Below are positions 58,233-64,000 of a stretch of 64,000 bases of DNA, piece by piece (positions within the stretch are counted from its first letter, which is position 1; every line of letters starts with the position of its first letter). The notes under the pieces were generated by a model. That model saw only the letters and a list, made by a program, of their open reading frames with translations, did no database searches and was not told the origin of the DNA. Position numbers and translations under genes: made by a program. Source of the stretch: an uncultured Candidatus Saccharibacteria bacterium (GTDB taxonomy: Bacteria; Patescibacteriota; Minisyncoccia; Phycocordibacterales; UBA9973); NCBI GenBank assembly GCA_964432275.1, contig CAYSMH010000003.1, positions 6,718-70,717 on the forward strand, read 5' to 3'.

Positions 58233-59939
58233 ATGCAGACGGTCTTTGACGAAATCAAGGATCGTTTGCCTATTACTGACGTGCTCGCAAGCTATATCAC
58301 TCTGACTCCGTCTGGCACGCAGTACAAGGCAAAATGTCCATTTCACTCCGAACGTTCAGCATCGTTTTCGGTGTCGCCTGAGCGAGGGTTGTACTACTGT
58401 TTTGGCTGTGGTGCCAAGGGTGACATATTTACCTTTGTTGAACAGTTTGAGGGACTTGATCGCAAAGGTGCACTCAAGGTACTTGCAGATCGAGCAGGGG
58501 TTCAGTTGACACGCACCTTTGTTGAGCGTGCAAGCACTGATCCGCTCTATGACGTTCTTGAACGTACAACAACAAGATATCAACACGAACTCGCACGTGC
58601 TACTGTCGTAAAAGATTACTTGATTGCACGTGGACTTACTCAAGCTACGATTGATACATTTCGTATTGGGTATGCACCAGATGAGTGGCGCTATGTAGCA
58701 AACTCTTTGACTGACCAAGCCCAAGCAGTGGTTGGAGAGCGCGCCGGTCTTATTAAAAATACTCCAAAAGGGTACTACGACCGTTTCCGTAAACGGGTTA
58801 TGTTCCCACTTACTGACGCAAGTGGTCGTGTTGTAGGATTTTCGGGCCGGCTCTATCCTGTTGATCCGCAATCAGATGCCCAAAGCCCTAAATATCTCAA
58901 CTCTCCTGAAACAGAACTGTTCCAAAAGTCACGCATTCTCTTTGCTTTTGACAAGGCGAAAGCTGCGATTCGACAGCACAACTTTGCGATTCTAGTAGAA
59001 GGGCAAATGGATTGTGTACTCGCGCATCAGGCAGGTTTTCGCAATACTGTTGCAACTAGCGGTACCGCTGTTTCTGACGCGGCCGCAGCTGACCCAACTG
59101 CAAATTTAGTAGTACTTTCACGATTGACGCCCAATGTTTTTCTTGCATTTGATGGAGATGCTGCAGGACAAAAAGCGCTTGATCATGCAGCTATTGTTGC
59201 ATTGGGGTTAGGGATGAATCCTCGTGTTGTGCCGTTACCTACCGGAGTAGATCCTGCAGACTATATTCAGGCGCATGGTGCAGCTGGGTGGAAGGCACTG
59301 TTGAAAGAAAGTCAGCATTTCATTATTCATCAGTTGCGTTCGATTACCCGTCACAACGTTTCTCCGCATACACTCGTACAGACCCTCAAGGATCGATTGT
59401 TCCCATTTCTCATCAAGATTACCTCACCCGTTGAGCAGGGAAGTTATATTGAAGCTATCGCCAAAGAACTTGATATACCCAAGTCAGATATTGCTCGTGA
59501 ACTCATGCTCTTTGCTGCAGCAAAACCACAAACAGAACAAATACCTGTCGACACGATCGCTCGAGAAACAGTCACACTTCCTGAGAGATTCTTGGCTTTA
59601 TCGATCAAATATCCTACCCCTGTTGCAATAGAAACACGTAAAGCGCTCGAATCGCTATCATTTGATGATCAGCAATTTGCCTTTCCGGTAGTTGACGCAG
59701 ACCGCATGACGGAACTTGAGGTATTGGTTGAGAGAGAGTACGGTACGTTAGTACCTGGTGAGCGAGACATGTTGATACAAGAGCTTGGTGAAAAGATTCG
59801 CGCCACATTTGAATCGACTCTTCGTCGAACATTGAGCAAAAAACTTGAGCAAGCAGAGCGTGACGGCAACGAAGAAGCTGTTCAGCTATTGATGACCACA
59901 TTACACACACTCAACCAACGCCGTCATGGTGCGCCATGA
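58233..59939 (+). CDS. dnaG: DNA primase DnaG
   Basis: CHC2 zinc finger (CPFHSERSASF...CFGCG) and TOPRIM (EGQMD, DGDAAGQKA). Confidence 0.85.
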   Translation: MQTVFDEIKDRLPITDVLASYITLTPSGTQYKAKCPFHSERSASFSVSPERGLYYCFGCGAKGDIFTFVEQFEGLDRKGALKVLADRAGVQLTRTFVERASTDPLYDVLERTTTRYQHELARATVVKDYLIARGLTQATIDTFRIGYAPDEWRYVANSLTDQAQAVVGERAGLIKNTPKGYYDRFRKRVMFPLTDASGRVVGFSGRLYPVDPQSDAQSPKYLNSPETELFQKSRILFAFDKAKAAIRQHNFAILVEGQMDCVLAHQAGFRNTVATSGTAVSDAAAADPTANLVVLSRLTPNVFLAFDGDAAGQKALDHAAIVALGLGMNPRVVPLPTGVDPADYIQAHGAAGWKALLKESQHFIIHQLRSITRHNVSPHTLVQTLKDRLFPFLIKITSPVEQGSYIEAIAKELDIPKSDIARELMLFAAAKPQTEQIPVDTIARETVTLPERFLALSIKYPTPVAIETRKALESLSFDDQQFAFPVVDADRMTELEVLVEREYGTLVPGERDMLIQELGEKIRATFESTLRRTLSKKLEQAERDGNEEAVQLLMTTLHTLNQRRHGAP

Positions 59940-59984
59940 TAGGTTGACTTTAGTTCTATTTTTAGTAATGTAAAGTGATACTGT

Positions 59985-61304
59985 ATGCCAACCAAGAAAA
60001 AAAACGTAAAAAAATCCGTTAAAAAATCTAATAGTTCTAAAAAACCGACTTCAAAAAGTCGTCCTACAGCTAAAAAGCCAGCCAAGAAATCTACGCCCAA
60101 AAAAGCAAAGAAATCAGCGTCACCAAAAGTAAAGAAAGTAGTAAAAAAAGTTGCCGCAAAGCCCAAGCATAAGCCGCGACCAATCACTATCCGACACGAA
60201 GGACAGGGTACTCGTCGTGAAGTAAATATTGAAAAAAAACTTCGAGAACTTGAAGCAAAAGCAGATGAGCTTATTGCCAAGGGTAAGAAGCGTGGGTTTA
60301 TTACCTATGATGAGATTTTGAAAATGTTTCCTGATATTGAGAACAATATTATGTTTCTCGATGAGCTCTATGAGAAGTTTGGTACCGCAGGTATCGACGT
60401 ACTCGAGGGAGGCAACTTGCTCGATATAGACAACCATGAAGATCTCAGTAAGTATGTTAAAGAAAGTCACAGCTTTTCTTCGGTGCAAATGTACCTCAAA
60501 GACATTGGGCAGTACCCATTGATCGCTGCAGCACAAGAACGTGAGCTTGCGAAACGTATTGAAGCAGGAGATGAAGAAGCGAAAAACTTGCTCGCTCGTT
60601 CCAACCTTCGCCTTGTAGTTTCTATTGCAAAGAAGTATGCAAACAGAACTGCAGATCTCACGCTTCTTGACTTGATCCAAGAAGGAAACATTGGACTCTT
60701 TAAGGCGGTAGAAAAGTTTGACTATACCAAAGGTTTCAAGTTTTCAACCTATGCAACGTGGTGGATTCGTCAATCGATCACTCGAGCACTTGCAGATCAG
60801 TCTCGCACGATCCGTATCCCTGTGCACATGGTAGAAACGATTAGTAAGTACAAACAGGTGCTTCGTCGTCTTGCTCAAGACCTCGGCCGTGATCCTATGC
60901 CCGAAGAAGTCGCAAATGAAATGGGTATTGAAGTTGAAAAGGTGCATGTGATCGAACAGATCAATCAAGAGACTCGCTCACTCGAGCAACCGATCGGGGA
61001 TGACGAAGACAAGTCTACCTTTGGAGAGTTTATCCCTGATGACAAGATCTTGCGTCCTGACCAAGAAGCATCTCGTCGCATGCTTACTGATGCGATTCGT
61101 GGTGTCCTCGAAGAAATCTCTCCCAAAGAGAAACGAATTCTCGAAATGCGCTACGGACTCATCGATGGTGTGCAGCACACACTGGAGGAAGTAGGGAAGG
61201 AGTTTGGTGTTACTCGTGAACGTATTCGACAAATCGAAGCCAAGGTCCACGAAAAGCTCCGCCAAAACGACCGTATCCAACGACTACGCAACTATTTCGA
61301 CTAG
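59985..61304 (+). CDS. rpoD: RNA polymerase sigma-70 factor RpoD with Lys-rich N-terminal tail
   Basis: Regions 1.2, 2 ([14 protein letters not shown]), 3 and 4 ([20 protein letters not shown]). Confidence 0.9.
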   Translation: MPTKKKNVKKSVKKSNSSKKPTSKSRPTAKKPAKKSTPKKAKKSASPKVKKVVKKVAAKPKHKPRPITIRHEGQGTRREVNIEKKLRELEAKADELIAKGKKRGFITYDEILKMFPDIENNIMFLDELYEKFGTAGIDVLEGGNLLDIDNHEDLSKYVKESHSFSSVQMYLKDIGQYPLIAAAQERELAKRIEAGDEEAKNLLARSNLRLVVSIAKKYANRTADLTLLDLIQEGNIGLFKAVEKFDYTKGFKFSTYATWWIRQSITRALADQSRTIRIPVHMVETISKYKQVLRRLAQDLGRDPMPEEVANEMGIEVEKVHVIEQINQETRSLEQPIGDDEDKSTFGEFIPDDKILRPDQEASRRMLTDAIRGVLEEISPKEKRILEMRYGLIDGVQHTLEEVGKEFGVTRERIRQIEAKVHEKLRQNDRIQRLRNYFD

Positions 61305-61325
61305 ATAACTACTACAGAAATCCAT

Positions 61326-61355
61326 AAAAAGCCTTTAGAAATAAGGGCTTTTTAT
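61326..61355 (+). terminator. Terminator-like hairpin after rpoD
   Basis: AAAGCCTTT...AAGGGCTTTTT. Confidence 0.4.
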
Positions 61356-61400
61356 ATTGACTTTATATGAATAGATTATATAATATGTAAAAATTATTAT

Positions 61401-61709
61401 ATGGATCATTTAGATGATTTCCAGGTTAAAAAAAGAAATACTGCATTGAATGTGTACAATCTAATATTGAGAATTGTTTCAGTAGTATTAATTAGTGGGC
61501 CACAATTAGAATATGAATTCTTACGAGTTACATTTTATTATGTACAATTAGGTATGTGGTGCCTATTGGGTGGATTACTACTATCGATTATTTGCTCAAT
61601 TATTACTATAAAACATACCAAGCACTCAGGAAATAAATTTTTCCACTACTTGATGATTGCTTGCTCCGCTATTCTATTTGTAATGTTTTTCTGCAGATAT
61701 TTCATTTAA
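61401..61709 (+). CDS. Small polytopic membrane hypothetical protein
   Basis: Three hydrophobic helices, followed by a strong terminator. Confidence 0.35.
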   Translation: MDHLDDFQVKKRNTALNVYNLILRIVSVVLISGPQLEYEFLRVTFYYVQLGMWCLLGGLLLSIICSIITIKHTKHSGNKFFHYLMIACSAILFVMFFCRYFI

Positions 61710-61712
61710 AGT

Positions 61713-61745
61713 AAAAGCCCCGTCATGGACGGGGCTTTTTTATTT
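61713..61745. terminator. Bidirectional rho-independent terminator (AAAAGCCCCGTC/GACGGGGCTTTTTT)
   Basis: Perfect 12-bp stem flanked by A and T runs, between convergent genes. Confidence 0.7.
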
Positions 61746-61762
61746 CCAATTTTTAGGAATTA

Positions 61763-62536
61763 TTATTTCAATAACGCATCTATCTTTGTCTTTACATCAG
61801 CGATCGGATATGCGCCAGGGACGGTGTCGTATTTGCCAGTCTTGAGGTTTACGATGATGGAGAACGGAGTACCTTGTGCACCGATAGATTGCGCTTCTGC
61901 GGTTTCTCGAGCTACACGATCAGATGCCGCAGTACCTGCCATACATGCCGCAAAGAGCTTCTCGTCTACACCTACTGCCTTGGCGTATGAGGTGAGGGCT
62001 GCGGTACTTGCACTGCCTGGGTCGAGTGTGACCCCGATGATTTTGTCGAGGTATGCGTTGAACGCATCATTACCACCCAGAGAACCTACACATTCTGCTG
62101 CAACTGCTTCAGCAGCGGCGTTGGGGTGTAGAGAAGTCAGTGGGAAGTGGCGATATACCCATACTACTGAGCCTTTGTAGTCAGTGACTATTTGTTGCAT
62201 CGTCGTGTGGAACCGTGAGCAGAATGGGCAGTCTGAATCTGAGTATTCGATTACCGCGATTTGTGCGGTTTCAAGAGAGCCTCGTATACGATCATCGCTT
62301 TTTATAGAGAGTACTTCTTTGTTAATACTTTTGGGTGCAGATGGAGCATTAGCTCCAGCAGGTTGTGTGGTGCCACTATTACTTGGTCCAAATACGACAA
62401 TCAGCGCTACTGCGATAATCGCTGCTGCGGTAATGATTGCAGCGGGTAGACTGAGTGCGGTTTTTTTGTGTTCAGGTACTTGTTCAGGGGTTGGTTGATT
62501 TGTTGTTTCTGTTTGCATGCTAGTAGTATAGCGCAT
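61763..62536 (-). CDS. DsbA-like thiol:disulfide oxidoreductase, membrane-anchored
   Basis: Thioredoxin-fold CPFC active site (DSDCPFCSRFH) with an N-terminal TM anchor. Confidence 0.7.
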   Translation of the reverse strand: MRYTTSMQTETTNQPTPEQVPEHKKTALSLPAAIITAAAIIAVALIVVFGPSNSGTTQPAGANAPSAPKSINKEVLSIKSDDRIRGSLETAQIAVIEYSDSDCPFCSRFHTTMQQIVTDYKGSVVWVYRHFPLTSLHPNAAAEAVAAECVGSLGGNDAFNAYLDKIIGVTLDPGSASTAALTSYAKAVGVDEKLFAACMAGTAASDRVARETAEAQSIGAQGTPFSIIVNLKTGKYDTVPGAYPIADVKTKIDALLK

Positions 62537-62547
62537 AGATACGCCAT

Positions 62548-63822
62548 TTGAAAAAAGGGGGTAAAAATGGTAGTATGGTACCCATGAACATCGCTGAAGT
62601 GGCGACCTACGCCATCACCTTTTTGGCTCTCTACGTCCAGATCTTCCTTTTTGTGACCTATCTCGAACGAAGAAAAACACTAGCCAAAGAAACTACACAG
62701 ACTATATCCCTCGATCATTTCCCTAGTATTGCGATTGTTGTGCCGTGCTGGAACGAGGGTACAACAGTCCATGGCACGATAGAGTCATTACTTGCGCTCG
62801 ACTACCCCAAAGACAAGCTTCAAGTGATTGCAGTGGATGACGGTTCTACAGATACTACATGGCAAGAAATACTCAAATACAAAGATCATCCACAAGTGCA
62901 AATACTTCAGAAAGAAAATGGAGGCAAGCACACTGCAGTCAACTACGGTATTGATCATACAAGCACGGACTTCGTTAGCTGTCTCGATGCAGATTCATTT
63001 GTTGCTCCAGATGCACTCAAGCGCATCATGTATATGTTTCAAACACAACCTGACTGCATGGCAGTTGCTCCTTCTATCATTATTTTTAAACCAAAAACAT
63101 TTATCCAGAAGGTACAAAAGGTTGAATACAACATGGGTATCTATGTGAAAAAGATGCTCGCATATCTTGGGGCGATTCACGTCACCCCTGGACCTTTTTC
63201 GGTGTTTCGTCGAGAGGTTTTTGATAAGCTGGGTGGGTTCCGCAAGGCGCACAACACTGAAGATATGGAGATAGCATATCGCATGCAAGAAGCACGTATG
63301 CGAATCGGGCACTGTCATACTGCACATATTTTCACCGTAGCGCCTTCGACTATTCCTAAGCTGTTCAAGCAACGCGTACGCTGGATTTATGGATTTATTC
63401 AAAACACCATAGACTATCGCCGACTTATTTTTAGGAAATCATATGGGAACTTTTCATTTTTTACCTTACCTTCAGGTATTGTCTCTATTACTGCGACGGT
63501 GTATATATTTTTCACGATTCTCTACAATGCACTTGTCTGGATAGTAGAAAAGATAGCGCAGTGGCGTACTGTGGGGCTTCAGGGTAATCTTGGGATTAAT
63601 CTCAATTGGTTTTATATCAATACACAAACCATATTATTTATTACCGTTGTACTGTATGTGATTATTGCATTTGTTACTTATATCGGTAGCCGTATGGCAC
63701 ACGAGCGACTCAACCCGTTTTATCTCTTATGGTATATACTGACCTACAGTGTGATCGCACCGTTTTGGCTTATGAAAGCGGTCTGGAGCTCGCTCACTCG
63801 ACACAAGCCAAGTTGGCGATAA
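62548..63822 (+). CDS. Glycosyltransferase family 2, polytopic (processive synthase-like)
   Basis: N-terminal GT-A domain (VVPCWNEG, DDGSTD, DAD motif SCLDADSF), Q-x-x-RW motif (QRVRWIYG) and C-terminal TM helices. Confidence 0.75.
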   Translation: MKKGGKNGSMVPMNIAEVATYAITFLALYVQIFLFVTYLERRKTLAKETTQTISLDHFPSIAIVVPCWNEGTTVHGTIESLLALDYPKDKLQVIAVDDGSTDTTWQEILKYKDHPQVQILQKENGGKHTAVNYGIDHTSTDFVSCLDADSFVAPDALKRIMYMFQTQPDCMAVAPSIIIFKPKTFIQKVQKVEYNMGIYVKKMLAYLGAIHVTPGPFSVFRREVFDKLGGFRKAHNTEDMEIAYRMQEARMRIGHCHTAHIFTVAPSTIPKLFKQRVRWIYGFIQNTIDYRRLIFRKSYGNFSFFTLPSGIVSITATVYIFFTILYNALVWIVEKIAQWRTVGLQGNLGINLNWFYINTQTILFITVVLYVIIAFVTYIGSRMAHERLNPFYLLWYILTYSVIAPFWLMKAVWSSLTRHKPSWR

Positions 63823-63829
63823 TACCTCT

Positions 63830-64000
63830 ATGAGAAAACATATTCCTAAATACATTCTTGTTTTTTTGGTGACACTCGCAGTGTTTGCAAGTGCGTGGGT
63901 GCTTAGTACACAGATCAATGAACGCAAATTTGCTAACCTTAAAGCTGAGCAAAACCAAGTGTCTATTGATATTTTGTCATCTGAAACAGAGTTTGATTTG
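63830..64000 (+). CDS. Hypothetical membrane-anchored protein, 3' end runs off the window
   Basis: ATG followed by a hydrophobic N-terminus. Open to the window end. Confidence 0.3.
   Translation, partial: MRKHIPKYILVFLVTLAVFASAWVLSTQINERKFANLKAEQNQVSIDILSSETEFDL

Noticed and set aside
1-64000. Possible alternative genetic code (UGA reassigned), as in some reduced-genome lineages
   Set aside because: A bona fide RF2 (SPF motif) is encoded and TGA terminates dnaG in frame with conserved C-terminal homology. The standard code 11 is most parsimonious, although UGA stops appear rare.
1-64000. CRISPR arrays or cas genes
   Set aside because: No regularly spaced direct repeats and no Cas-like ORFs were seen in either strand of the window.

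Overview
The window is low-to-moderate GC bacterial DNA using the standard genetic code. Stops include TAA and TAG, one TGA at the end of dnaG, and RF2 is present. The gene content resembles a reduced-genome, possibly Patescibacteria/CPR-like, organism, but I cannot confirm that taxonomic impression from the sequence. The core backbone encodes gatA (5' partial), a DEAD-box helicase, a PurA-like enzyme, typA/bipA, prfB, ftsEX, RNase J, RNase R, secG, rpsP-khpA-trmD, rpoB-rpoC-dnaG-rpoD, a DsbA-like protein and glycosyltransferases. Two AT-rich accessory islands interrupt this backbone. Island 1 (~1.9-10.5 kb) lies between an initiator-type tRNA-Met and a convergent tRNA-Asp/tRNA-CAT pair. It carries orphan hypothetical genes, a tyrosine integrase, an excisionase-type HTH protein and a 550-aa large serine recombinase whose 3' end overlaps the tRNA-Asp gene. 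Island 2 (~21.2-33 kb) starts right after tRNA-Gln. It carries a copper-homeostasis module: a CsoR repressor with a perfect operator palindrome inside a sigma70-like promoter, DUF305 proteins, a CopA P-type ATPase, an HMA-CcdA-like fusion, a cupredoxin-like protein, a NirK-like multicopper oxidase, a second paralogous large serine recombinase and a candidate att-like inverted repeat. Embedded in island 2 is a GC-richer cassette that I read as a diversity-generating retroelement (DGR). It has a 128-bp variable repeat (VR) at the 3' end of a 211-aa target gene, a template repeat (TR) 487 bp downstream, and an Avd-like four-helix-bundle ORF. The two repeat copies differ at 16 positions, and 15 of these are adenines in the TR, mostly in AAC/AAT codons. 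No reverse transcriptase is encoded in cis in this window. Other notable points are a PurA homolog with substitutions in the GDEGKGK catalytic loop, an N-terminally shortened RF2 without the programmed frameshift, and a rearranged rpsP-khpA-trmD / rpoBC-dnaG-rpoD neighbourhood.
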